NCBI GenBank assembly: GCA_965660855.1
Contig: CBFIBM010000001.1
Coordinates: 63,615-127,614 of the forward strand
Source: an uncultured bacterium
GTDB taxonomy: Bacteria > Fidelibacterota > Marinisomatia > Marinisomatales > UBA1611
DNA length: 64,000 nt
Direction: 5' to 3'
Shown here: positions 51,008-60,311 of the stretch, in pieces
Layout of the letters: the number at the start of each line of letters is the position of its first letter
Numbering within the stretch: position 1 is the first letter of the stretch
The notes under the pieces: generated by a model
Told to the model about the DNA's origin: nothing
What the model saw: the letters and a program-made list of their open reading frames with translations, nothing else
Databases searched by the model: none
Translations under genes and position numbers: made by a program

Positions 51008-51793
51008 ATGCCAGAAGTAAAATTTGATGATTTATTAGGAACAGGGGCTCACTTTGGACATGTAACAAGGAAGTGGAACCCTAATTTTAAACCATACATT
51101 CTGCTAGAAAAAAATGGTGTTCATATTATCAATCTAGAAGAAACGATAAAATCAATTCATGAAGCAAAAAATTATGTAAAAAATATCGTTAGCAAGAATG
51201 GTGAAATCTTATTTGTAGGAACAAAAAAACAAGCTCAAGATATTGTGCAGCAAGAAGCAGATAGGTGCTCTATGTTTTACATAGTAGAGCGTTGGCTAGG
51301 CGGTACACTTACAAATTTTTCTACAATTAAAAAAAGTATCAAACGTCTCAAACAATTAGAGAAAGAAGGTTCTAACCTATACGAAAACATGACAAAGAAA
51401 GAGATGCAGATGTTAAATCGTGAAAAAGTTAAATTATCTGATCAACATCGCGGTATCAAAGATATGCGTCGATTACCTGACGCACTTGTTGTTGTAGATG
51501 CGCAATATGAAGATACGGCAATTAAAGAGGCAAAAAGACTTGATATTCCTGTAATAGCAATTGTAGATAGCAATACTGATCCAAATAAAGTTGACTTCGC
51601 AATACCCGCTAACGATGATTCTATGAGAACTATTCAACTCATTATTGCTTCTCTTGCAGACACAATCATTGAGGCTAAATCATCTGGAAAAGATGTAGAA
51701 AAAAGCAAAGATGAATCTGCAAAAGATGTAAAGCAAAGTACAGGTAAAGAGTCAGAAAATTCTAAAATTATTTCAGAAAAGGATAAAGTTTAA
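51008..51793 (+). CDS. rpsB: 30S ribosomal protein S2
   Basis: GAHFGH...WNP, RWLGGTLTN, IPANDD; ATG at 51008. Confidence 0.97.
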   Translation: MPEVKFDDLLGTGAHFGHVTRKWNPNFKPYILLEKNGVHIINLEETIKSIHEAKNYVKNIVSKNGEILFVGTKKQAQDIVQQEADRCSMFYIVERWLGGTLTNFSTIKKSIKRLKQLEKEGSNLYENMTKKEMQMLNREKVKLSDQHRGIKDMRRLPDALVVVDAQYEDTAIKEAKRLDIPVIAIVDSNTDPNKVDFAIPANDDSMRTIQLIIASLADTIIEAKSSGKDVEKSKDESAKDVKQSTGKESENSKIISEKDKV

Positions 51794-51795
51794 CA

Positions 51796-52389
51796 ATGAG
51801 TGTTGATGCAAAACTTGTAAAATCTCTTCGTGATAGAACTGGTGCTGGAATGATGGATTGTAAGAAAGCATTAGTTGAGTCCAATGGTAATATTGATAAT
51901 GCAGTTGATTTTCTAAGAAAAACAGGCATAGCGAAAGCTGAAAAGAAAGGATCTAGAGAAACAAAAGAAGGTTTAATTTATCCATATATACATTCTGGGG
52001 GTAGGTTGGGCGTACTTGTTGAAATCAATTGTGAAACAGACTTTGTTGCAAAAACTGATGGATTTAAAGAGCTTGCTCATAACTTAGCAATGCAAATTGC
52101 AGCTACTAACCCAGTATCGCTTGATCGCGATTCTGTAGATGAAAGCATAATAAATAAAGAAAAAGAAATATACCTAGATCAGGCTAAAAAAGAAGGGAAA
52201 CCTGATAATATCGTTGAAAAAATGGTTGAAGGTCGTATAAATAAATTTTTTCAAGAATCTTGTCTTATGGAACAGGTTTATATTAAGGATCCTGATAAAA
52301 AAGTATCCGATCTACTAGCACAAACAATCTCTACATTAGGGGAAAATATAAGTGTAAATAGGTTCTCTCGATTTTCTATTGGAGATTGA
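51796..52389 (+). CDS. tsf: Elongation factor Ts (short form)
   Basis: LRDRTGAGMMDCKKAL, NCETDFVA. Confidence 0.97.
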   Translation: MSVDAKLVKSLRDRTGAGMMDCKKALVESNGNIDNAVDFLRKTGIAKAEKKGSRETKEGLIYPYIHSGGRLGVLVEINCETDFVAKTDGFKELAHNLAMQIAATNPVSLDRDSVDESIINKEKEIYLDQAKKEGKPDNIVEKMVEGRINKFFQESCLMEQVYIKDPDKKVSDLLAQTISTLGENISVNRFSRFSIGD

Positions 52390-52414
52390 GTACCTTTGTA
52401 CTTTTTAAAGTATA

Positions 52415-53128
52415 ATGAAATTGCGTTATAAACGCATTCTTTTAAAATTATCTGGTGAGATACTAGCAGGTGCTGATGGATTTGGTATAGATCCATCTAA
52501 AGCATCATATCTTGCAAATGAAATTAAATCAATTCATGATTTAAAAATAGACATTGGTTTAATCATAGGAGCTGGAAATATATTTAGAGGAATGGAAGCA
52601 GCTAGCAGAGGCATGGATCGAGTGACTGGCGACTATTTAGGAATGCTAGCTACTATAATGAACGCTATTTCAGTCCAAGATGCGTTGGAAAAAGTTGGAT
52701 GTGAAACAAGAACTTTATCAGCAATAGATGTAAAGCAAATCTCTGAACCTTACATTAGAAGAAGAGCAATAAGACACATTGAAAAAGGAAGGATTGTAAT
52801 TGTAGCAGGCGGAACTGGTAATCCTTTTTTTACAACTGACTCTGCCGCGGCATTACGTGCCACTGAATTAGGTGCTGAAATTGTTATTAAAGGAACAAAA
52901 GTAAATGGGATCTACGATAAAGATCCTGTGAAATATAATAATGCAAAAAAATATACTAAAATTTCATTTGATAAGGTTTTAAAAGATAACTTAAGGGTAA
53001 TGGATCTTACCGCAATAACATTATGTAAAGAAAATAACTTACCAATTCAAGTTTTTGATATTAAAATACCCGGTGCATTAAAAGAGATTATATCAGGTGA
53101 ACACATTGGTACATTAGTTTCTGATTAG
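52415..53128 (+). CDS. pyrH: UMP kinase
   Basis: LLKLSGE, GAGNIFRG, GNPFFTTD. Confidence 0.97.
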   Translation: MKLRYKRILLKLSGEILAGADGFGIDPSKASYLANEIKSIHDLKIDIGLIIGAGNIFRGMEAASRGMDRVTGDYLGMLATIMNAISVQDALEKVGCETRTLSAIDVKQISEPYIRRRAIRHIEKGRIVIVAGGTGNPFFTTDSAAALRATELGAEIVIKGTKVNGIYDKDPVKYNNAKKYTKISFDKVLKDNLRVMDLTAITLCKENNLPIQVFDIKIPGALKEIISGEHIGTLVSD

Positions 53129-53136
53129 GGAGTTTA

Positions 53137-53697
53137 ATGATGATTGATGATATTTTAAAAGAATTAAAATCTAGAATGAACTCTTCTGTGACTCATTCTA
53201 AAGAAGAGTTAAATAAAGTTCGTACGGGAAGAGCAAACCCAGATATGTTTAGCTCACTTCTGGTTGATTATTATGGTTCAAAAACTCCATTAAACCAAGT
53301 CTGTACAATATCTGTTCCTGAAAGTAGACTTATAACATTATCTCCATTTGAAAAAACACTGCTACCAAACATTGAAAAAGCTATCTCGGATGCTAATATG
53401 GGATTTACACCAGGAAATAATGGAACCTCTGTCCTAGTACCAATTCCATCTTTAAGTGAAGAACGTAGAAAGGAATTGATTAAGTTTGTTCACAATCTAA
53501 TTGAAGAGGGTAAAATTGCTATAAGAAATATTAGAAGAGATGGTATCCAGCAATTGAATAATATTGGTAAGGAGGAGAGTATATCTGAAGATATAATTAA
53601 GGATAATGAACAGGAGATTCAAATAATAACTGATTCATTTATTTCAAACCTTAGTACTCTTCAAAAAGAAAAAGAAAAAGAATTGTTAGAAGTATAG
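53137..53697 (+). CDS. frr: Ribosome recycling factor
   Basis: RTGRANP, YYGS.TPL, LSEERRKEL, IRNIRR. Confidence 0.97.
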   Translation: MMIDDILKELKSRMNSSVTHSKEELNKVRTGRANPDMFSSLLVDYYGSKTPLNQVCTISVPESRLITLSPFEKTLLPNIEKAISDANMGFTPGNNGTSVLVPIPSLSEERRKELIKFVHNLIEEGKIAIRNIRRDGIQQLNNIGKEESISEDIIKDNEQEIQIITDSFISNLSTLQKEKEKELLEV

Positions 53698-53745
53698 AAG
53701 TATTTTGTTAGAAATCGATAAAGTTTTTAGGTATTACTAATTGCT

Positions 53746-56142
53746 TTAATCACATTTTGACCAGCCACATTCCCGACAAGTCAAACAACCTCCTTCATTT
53801 ACTACACTATGGTTATGACATTCATGACAATTTATCATCCCATCATTTTTATTTTCTTCTTCCTGAGCAAGAGTAATCTTGGGGAGGCTATTACCTTCTT
53901 TAACTACTTCTTCTTTTGGACTATTACTTCTTTCATTTAAATAGTCATCTAAAGCTTTACCTATCGCATCAGGTGTTGATAAAATAAGTCTTCCATCTTC
54001 CCATGTTGGATTTGGACCTGAAATACCCTTTAATTGTCTAACAATTGCCTTAGGATCTAAACCTGATCTAAGTGATAGGGAGATGAGTCTACTAATTGCC
54101 TCTGATTGAGCCGCTGCGTTACCACCAGCTTTTCCTATGGTGGTAAATACCTCACACAATCCATTCTCATCTTCATTAATGGTAATATATAGAGTACCTT
54201 CACCAGTACGAATTCTTCTAGTAACACCTGCAGTTTGATTTGGTCTAACCCTGGGCTTTTTATCGACGGATATCTTAAGTGAATTTTCAGTGTTATTAGC
54301 TGTCTCTTTATTAGTTTCTACTTTCTTATCCTGCTCGTCAGATACAAGTATACCCTCTCGACTACCTTCTCTGTATACAGTGATTCCCTTAAGGCCTGAT
54401 TCATAGGCTTTCATGTATATGTCAGCTACGGTCTCTTCAGTTGTCTCTTCAGAAAGATTTACTGTTGATGATATTGATGAATCAATATATTTCTGAACCT
54501 CACCTTGCATCCTAACTCTAAAATAGGGATCTATTGCGTGCGCAGTAGTAACATGGTCAGGAAGATTCTCATCTGTTCCAAATAATTTCTCAATGATGGG
54601 GTGATATACCTTGTACTCCTTAAAAGATTTTCCATAGCCATCATTTTCTTTCACACGTCTTTTATATGAGGTTGCAAAAATAGGTTCTAGGCCCGAAGTG
54701 ACTCTTGCTACGATAGCCCCACTTCCTGTTGGTGCTACAGTAGTTAGAGTACAATTACGAACACCTGTTTTCTTAATTTTATTCTGGATATTTTTTGGCA
54801 AGTTTTTCACGAATTTACTTTTTGAGTAGCCTGACCATTTAAAATTGGGAAATTGTCCTTTTTCAATTGATAAATCTGCGCTTGTTTCATAAGCAGTATC
54901 TCTAAAAATTTGCATCACTTGTCCAATAGTCTGGAGAGCATCCTCACTGTCATATTTAACACCCATTTTTACCAACATGTCTCCAAGACCTAAAATTCCA
55001 AGTCCTACTCTTCGGTCATTTGTAGCATTTTTCTTTTGGTCTTCTAAAGCATGTCTTTCCATATTATAATCCACGACGTTGTCTAAAAATCGAGTACCAA
55101 TTGCTACTGTATCTTTAAACTCATCTATCATGAAATTACCTTTCACATCAACGAACCTTTCAAGATTAACAGCTCCTAGATTACAACAACCTCCATCAGG
55201 GAGTGGTTGCTCTGCACAAGGGTTTGTAGAGACTAAAGGTGAACAGTACTCTGCATTATGATAATCGGTCATAGTATCCCAAAATAATAGACCTGGTTCT
55301 GCACTGGAGTGCGCATGGGTTATAATATTATCCCATAAATCTTTAGCTTTAATTGTTTCATATACTTCACCTTCATATTTTAAATCGAAATCACTGTTAT
55401 TTTTTACAGCATCCATAAAATCGTGGGTGAGTAATACGGATATGTTTGAATATTTTACCATATCTATATCGCCTGTTTTGATGCTTATAAACTTTTGGAT
55501 ATCAGGATGATCGATTCTTAAAGTTTGCATGTTTGCGCCTCTTCTACCATGTTGAGCAATTGTATTTGTATTTTCGCTAAAGAGGTTCATAAAACCTGTT
55601 GGTCCACAAGATTCTCCTCCAGTACCGTTAATAGATTTTCCGGATGGTCTTAAAACAGAGAGGTCATGCCCACAACCACCACCATATTTATAGGTGAGAG
55701 CTTCATTAATAATAGTTTCATAGATCGATTTTATAGAATCTTTTCTTACAGCTACAACATAGCAATTATTCAGAGTAGTTGTAATATCTTCTCTTCCTGC
55801 ACCATGCATTATACGACCACCAGGAACAAATTTGAAGTCTTCGAGTATGTTAAAAAATTTATGTTCCCATTCATCTCTCATTTTTTTATTCTTCTCTACG
55901 GAGGCTAGGGCTGATGCTTGTCTCTTCCACATTTCATATGGATGTTTTTCCCATGGTGCGAGATATTTTTGTTTGAGTACATCGGAACCAAGATCATCAT
56001 TTTTGTAATATTCGTCTATGCTAAACTTTTTAGGAACTGATAAAACTTTTTTTTCTTTTTCTAAATGTTTTAAGATAGGGTTCTTTAGTGATTTTCCATC
56101 TGAATCATTTAATGTTAGATCGAGTTCCATTGCTTCTGCCAT
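53746..56142 (-). CDS. nrdJ: Adenosylcobalamin-dependent (class II) ribonucleotide reductase with C-terminal TSCPD-like domain and Zn-ribbon
   Basis: NNCYV, GRRGANM, TNPCAEQPL, CNLG, TVAPTGS, KGITVYREGSR, CHEC..EGGCLTCRECGWSKC; AAGGA SD before ATG 56142. Confidence 0.92.
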   Translation of the reverse strand: MAEAMELDLTLNDSDGKSLKNPILKHLEKEKKVLSVPKKFSIDEYYKNDDLGSDVLKQKYLAPWEKHPYEMWKRQASALASVEKNKKMRDEWEHKFFNILEDFKFVPGGRIMHGAGREDITTTLNNCYVVAVRKDSIKSIYETIINEALTYKYGGGCGHDLSVLRPSGKSINGTGGESCGPTGFMNLFSENTNTIAQHGRRGANMQTLRIDHPDIQKFISIKTGDIDMVKYSNISVLLTHDFMDAVKNNSDFDLKYEGEVYETIKAKDLWDNIITHAHSSAEPGLLFWDTMTDYHNAEYCSPLVSTNPCAEQPLPDGGCCNLGAVNLERFVDVKGNFMIDEFKDTVAIGTRFLDNVVDYNMERHALEDQKKNATNDRRVGLGILGLGDMLVKMGVKYDSEDALQTIGQVMQIFRDTAYETSADLSIEKGQFPNFKWSGYSKSKFVKNLPKNIQNKIKKTGVRNCTLTTVAPTGSGAIVARVTSGLEPIFATSYKRRVKENDGYGKSFKEYKVYHPIIEKLFGTDENLPDHVTTAHAIDPYFRVRMQGEVQKYIDSSISSTVNLSEETTEETVADIYMKAYESGLKGITVYREGSREGILVSDEQDKKVETNKETANNTENSLKISVDKKPRVRPNQTAGVTRRIRTGEGTLYITINEDENGLCEVFTTIGKAGGNAAAQSEAISRLISLSLRSGLDPKAIVRQLKGISGPNPTWEDGRLILSTPDAIGKALDDYLNERSNSPKEEVVKEGNSLPKITLAQEEENKNDGMINCHECHNHSVVNEGGCLTCRECGWSKCD

Positions 56143-56496
56143 ATTGCGTTCCTTGGTTTGGTATCTCATATTATTACGAGAATATGTATTTATAAGTATT
56201 TAAAAAAGGATGACAATTGAAACAAATGATAATCCCTAGGTTGGCACTTATAAAATATAGAAAATAGACTATAAATAATACAAGTAATAAAGAGTTACTA
56301 TGTCTGTTTCTCGACGGTAAATATTTTTTTTATAATGATTTATATATATTTTTTTTTAAGACAAAAAATTCTTATAATTCTTGTAAATATCGTAATATCA
56401 TTAATTAAATAATTTTGTTAATTTTATATCTTAAAAAGATTTTTTTTTATCATTTTAAAAAGAAAGTTGATAATCAGAAATTAATGGATCTAGAAA

Positions 56497-57813
56497 ATGA
56501 AAATACCGCTAGTAGCAATTGTTGGTAGACCCAATGTAGGAAAATCAACATTTTTTAATAGAGTTCTAAGTCAACGACAATCAATCGTAGACTCAGAAGA
56601 GGGGATTACTAGAGATAGAATATATGCCGAAATGGATTGGTCAGGTAATTTATTGAAATTTATTGATACTGGAGGCTATATACCGGAGGATATTGATGTT
56701 TTTAATAAAGCTGTAAGGGAACAGGCTGTCGAAGCAATAGAAGAGGCTGACTTAGTTTTATTTCTTGTTGATGGCAAGCAAGAACCTACTTCTAGTGACA
56801 AAGATTTAGCCCATTCTATTAGAAGAAGTAATAAACCATATATTATGGTTGTAAATAAATGTGATACATTGAAATCAGACATCCTGAAAAATCGATTCTA
56901 TGAATTAGGATTGGATAATATTGCAGCAATATCAGCATTAAATGGACGAAATATTGGCGATTTATTAGATAAAATTATTGAACAGATAGACTTCGATATT
57001 GAATTAGATGGTAAAAAAAATAATGAGCATTTAAGGCTAGCAATTGTTGGAATGCCAAACGTTGGTAAATCTTCACTAACAAATGCTTTACTGCAAAAAA
57101 ATAGAATCATCGTTACGCCCATCGCCGGAACAACAAGGGATGCGATAGATGCTAACCTGAGGTGGCACGGTAATGAGATTACTCTTGTGGATACTGCAGG
57201 GCTAAGAAAATTAGCTAAGATTAAAGATAAAATAGAATTTTATTCCACAATTAGAACAAAGAGTGCAATTGAAGATTCTAATGTTGTTGCAGTTTTAATT
57301 GATGCATCAAAAGGTTTTGGTAAGCAAGACAAAGCTATACTGGATGAAGTTATTAAATCAGGCAAAGGATTGGTAATTGTTGTAAATAAATGGGATTTAT
57401 TAGAAAAAGATACAGATACTATGAAATCATTTGAAGAGGGTATCAGGAGCTATTTTAAATCACTTGATCATTATCCCATGATTTTTATTTCGACCGTAAC
57501 CAAACAAAGAATACATCAAGTTTTAGAGCATGCATGGAAGCTTTTTGAAAAAGGTAAAAAATCTGTATCAACTAAAAAGTTAAATGATTGTTTAATTAAT
57601 ATTATCGCAAAAAATCCGCCACCTTCTGACGCAGGGAGAACTGTGAAAATTAAATATGCAACTCAAGTAAGTTGTGAGCCTTCAGTTATCGCTTTATATA
57701 GCAATTTTCCAGATAAAATAAAGGTCCCCTATACAAGATACTTAGAAAATCAAATAAGAAAGTTTTTTGATTTCAATGGTATTCCACTATTTTTATCATT
57801 TCGGAAAAAATAA
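56497..57813 (+). CDS. der: Ribosome biogenesis GTPase Der
   Basis: Two GTPase domains (GRPNVGKS, GMPNVGKS), NKWD, KH-like C-terminus. Confidence 0.97.
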   Translation: MKIPLVAIVGRPNVGKSTFFNRVLSQRQSIVDSEEGITRDRIYAEMDWSGNLLKFIDTGGYIPEDIDVFNKAVREQAVEAIEEADLVLFLVDGKQEPTSSDKDLAHSIRRSNKPYIMVVNKCDTLKSDILKNRFYELGLDNIAAISALNGRNIGDLLDKIIEQIDFDIELDGKKNNEHLRLAIVGMPNVGKSSLTNALLQKNRIIVTPIAGTTRDAIDANLRWHGNEITLVDTAGLRKLAKIKDKIEFYSTIRTKSAIEDSNVVAVLIDASKGFGKQDKAILDEVIKSGKGLVIVVNKWDLLEKDTDTMKSFEEGIRSYFKSLDHYPMIFISTVTKQRIHQVLEHAWKLFEKGKKSVSTKKLNDCLINIIAKNPPPSDAGRTVKIKYATQVSCEPSVIALYSNFPDKIKVPYTRYLENQIRKFFDFNGIPLFLSFRKK

Positions 57814-57863
57814 GAGAGACTATCTAAGCTAATATTTATTCAATATTAGGATAAAAAAAATAT

Positions 57864-58400
57864 TTACTGGAAATTAATAATGGATATCTTATTCCATTCT
57901 TTTAAATTTTCAGAAATATATACTTCGCCTATTATGTTCACAGCTGTAAAAAATTGCTTAATATCTTCACCAAAAGCTGATTTTTGTATAGAAATAAAGT
58001 CATGATCACTTTCAATTACAGAAAAATACTCCAGCTCATTCCCTAGAGTTTGCGGGTTTCTATTTTCTAATTTATAAATTTCCCCATTAGACAATAAATA
58101 TGCAAATCCTGTTACTTTTGGTGCAAATCCAAAACTATATGCTGTTATACCGACTATTTTTTGATCTAATATTTTAGACCCTTGTGAGATAATTTGATTC
58201 AATTTTTTTAATTTATCTGGAGATATACTCTCACCTTTTTCACCTCTTTCACCCTTTTCACCTCTTTCACCTTGGATACCTTGTTTTCCTATTGGGCCCT
58301 TAGGACCGATAGGCCCAGCAGGACCAGGGTTGGAACTAGATGCACAAGAAATAAATATAATTGGTAATATGGATAGGATAACCTTCATTTCAATTCTCAT
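57864..58400 (-). CDS. Lipoprotein with collagen-like (Gly-X-Y)11 segment
   Basis: Lipobox FISC; GPA GPI GPK GPI GKQ GIQ GER GEK GER GEK GES. Confidence 0.75.
   Translation of the reverse strand: MRIEMKVILSILPIIFISCASSSNPGPAGPIGPKGPIGKQGIQGERGEKGERGEKGESISPDKLKKLNQIISQGSKILDQKIVGITAYSFGFAPKVTGFAYLLSNGEIYKLENRNPQTLGNELEYFSVIESDHDFISIQKSAFGEDIKQFFTAVNIIGEVYISENLKEWNKISIINFQ
58231..58271 (-). repeat. Imperfect 9-bp tandem repeat encoding GER/GEK triplets
   Basis: tcaccttttt cacctctttc acccttttca cctctttcac on the + strand. Confidence 0.7.
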
Positions 58401-58957
58401 TAGTTTGAAAATAAATAGGGCAGTGCTCTACCATAAGCCATAGACATGATGATCAAAAGTTCAGATAAAAGAGCTGAAATAAAAAAGAAAGTAGACTTTC
58501 TAATATTGTTATTTTTTACATTATTAATATTTCCAAGTGCAAAAACCTGAGATGCAAACATTTCATAAAGTTGGTCATCATTTTTTACTATTGATTTGAG
58601 ATAAAAAGCATATTCTTCAGAGGATTTGAATTGACTAATCCCTGCAAAAAAAGTAGGGTTAATAACTTCTGACCTATCTGCACCTTCTTCCTCAATTTTT
58701 GTTTTGTGGGGTGCAATCCTAGGAATAATAACACGTACTAAGTAATATATTGTACCCATAGCTGATGTAAAATAAATCATCATTAAGGTGAAAACAAAAA
58801 AGGTGATTTGAATTTTTTGAAAATGAACGATGAAGAACACCATAAAAACACCAAGTATAGATAATAATGTGAATGCTTTTTGGTCTGTTCTTTGAATTAC
58901 CTGCTGTTCTCCAGATAATACTTGGAGAAGGGCATTAAATTGTTTTGTAGAATCCAT
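58400..58957 (-). CDS. Pycsar-effector-like (PycTM/DUF5706) 3-TM membrane protein
   Basis: TDQKAFTLL + TM1/TM2, IIPR, NPTFFAGI, QVFALGNINNVKNNNIRKS + TM3: layout recognised by eye as PycTM/DUF5706. Confidence 0.65.
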   Translation of the reverse strand: MDSTKQFNALLQVLSGEQQVIQRTDQKAFTLLSILGVFMVFFIVHFQKIQITFFVFTLMMIYFTSAMGTIYYLVRVIIPRIAPHKTKIEEEGADRSEVINPTFFAGISQFKSSEEYAFYLKSIVKNDDQLYEMFASQVFALGNINNVKNNNIRKSTFFFISALLSELLIIMSMAYGRALPYLFSN

Positions 58958-59121
58958 TATTTATGTTATTATTTTTTAAAATATATTGAGAATATAACCA
59001 TTGATCAAAAAATGACATAGGATTTTATAGTGCATTAGAAAAGATAACTAATGTTATCTTGTTATAAGAAAAAATATGATCTAATTTTGAAGTGTCTTTT
59101 ATATTAAAATTTAAATATGAT

Positions 59122-59195
<74 letters not shown>

Positions 59196-59221
59196 CTACC
59201 GAGAAAACCAGAATCTCGACG

Positions 59222-59249
59222 AAAAGCTCTCTTAGTTGAGAGCTTTTTT
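59222..59249. terminator. Intrinsic terminator, probably bidirectional
   Basis: AAAAGCTCTC-ttagtt-GAGAGCTTTT-TT between the tRNA and the convergent gene. Confidence 0.85.
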
Positions 59250-59287
59250 GTTTTATGTTTAGTATTATTTGTTTTGTTCGAATTCAA

Positions 59288-60208
59288 TTACTTCAATAAA
59301 ATCATTTTTTTTGTTTGGCTAAAATCACCTGTATGAATTTTATACAAGTAAACACCTGCGGGCACTGGTAAACCTTGATTGTTTGTAGCATCCCACTGAA
59401 TTGAATTTGAACCATATTTTTGATTTTGACTTAGAAGCTTATTTACAGGATTACCTAAAATGTCGTAGATAATAATATTTACATAGGAATCTTCAGATAA
59501 ATCATACTTTATAGTAGTGATTGGATTAAATGGATTAGGATAATTTTCATGTAGATAATAATTGACGGGAAATGATGTGTTATGATCATTTTTTAAAGAA
59601 ATACAGATCTGCTGACATTCATCCATGGAAGTAAAAAAAGCGTCTGTGTAATCAATATTATTCACAACCCAATCACATCCTGATATGTATTCACAATTAT
59701 TATTTTTCCAACCAATGCCCAATGGCATATCACATAGACCAAAATTAACAAATGATAAGTCTGTACAACCGTTTTGTGTTTCACATATAATTAGATTTTC
59801 ATTTAAATAATAATCTGACCAACAACCTCCACAGTAATTTGGAATACATTGTGCGTCTAAATCTGAATGACAATAACTTGATAGACAAGGATTTGAAAAG
59901 CAATTAACAGGTGATTGACAATTAGAAGAAATTTTAATTTGAGTTATATTTACGGAGTTACACTCTGTACAAGATGTGGAATCTCCTTCAATTTCAACAA
60001 ATCTATTTATGAAATAAGAAAGATTAAATGAATCATTATCAGTAGAAATATAGCTTAAAAAATTCCCAAATTCATCTTCAAGTGAGTGAGACACACAATT
60101 TTCCTCCATGCAAACAGATGCATTTATAGCTCTAACATATCCATGAAAGGTAAAATCTTGACACCATATTAAAGCAGGAAAAATGATCGTTAGAATTAAT
60201 ACCAGCAT
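59288..60208 (-). CDS. Secreted Cys-rich protein with C-terminal T9SS type A / FlgD-Ig sorting domain
   Basis: Signal peptide; 19 Cys in the N-terminal ~205 aa; NYPNPFNP.TTI.Y...IYDILG...WDATN..G..VPAGVYLY...TKKMILLK tail. Confidence 0.85.
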   Translation of the reverse strand: MLVLILTIIFPALIWCQDFTFHGYVRAINASVCMEENCVSHSLEDEFGNFLSYISTDNDSFNLSYFINRFVEIEGDSTSCTECNSVNITQIKISSNCQSPVNCFSNPCLSSYCHSDLDAQCIPNYCGGCWSDYYLNENLIICETQNGCTDLSFVNFGLCDMPLGIGWKNNNCEYISGCDWVVNNIDYTDAFFTSMDECQQICISLKNDHNTSFPVNYYLHENYPNPFNPITTIKYDLSEDSYVNIIIYDILGNPVNKLLSQNQKYGSNSIQWDATNNQGLPVPAGVYLYKIHTGDFSQTKKMILLK

Positions 60209-60311
60209 GTCTAAGCATACAAAAATTTATTGTAGAATCGATATACCTATTTTCTTATATATAAAAGTAAAAAAAATAAAAATATATTATTATTTTTTTG
60301 TATTTTAAGAT

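Noticed and set aside
51796-52389. Short (197-aa) EF-Ts as a possible truncation
   Set aside because: The short dimeric EF-Ts form is well known (e.g. Thermus); the gene ends cleanly before pyrH
56170-56496. NrdR boxes, a cobalamin riboswitch or a sigma54 site (TTGGCAC at ~56241) in the nrdJ-der spacer
   Set aside because: No convincing NrdR palindrome or riboswitch core; TGGCAC lacks a TTGC at the required spacing
58231-58330. Short tandem repeats as a CRISPR array or VNTR element
   Set aside because: They are coding Gly-X-Y repeats without spacers; no CRISPR array or cas genes were seen in the window
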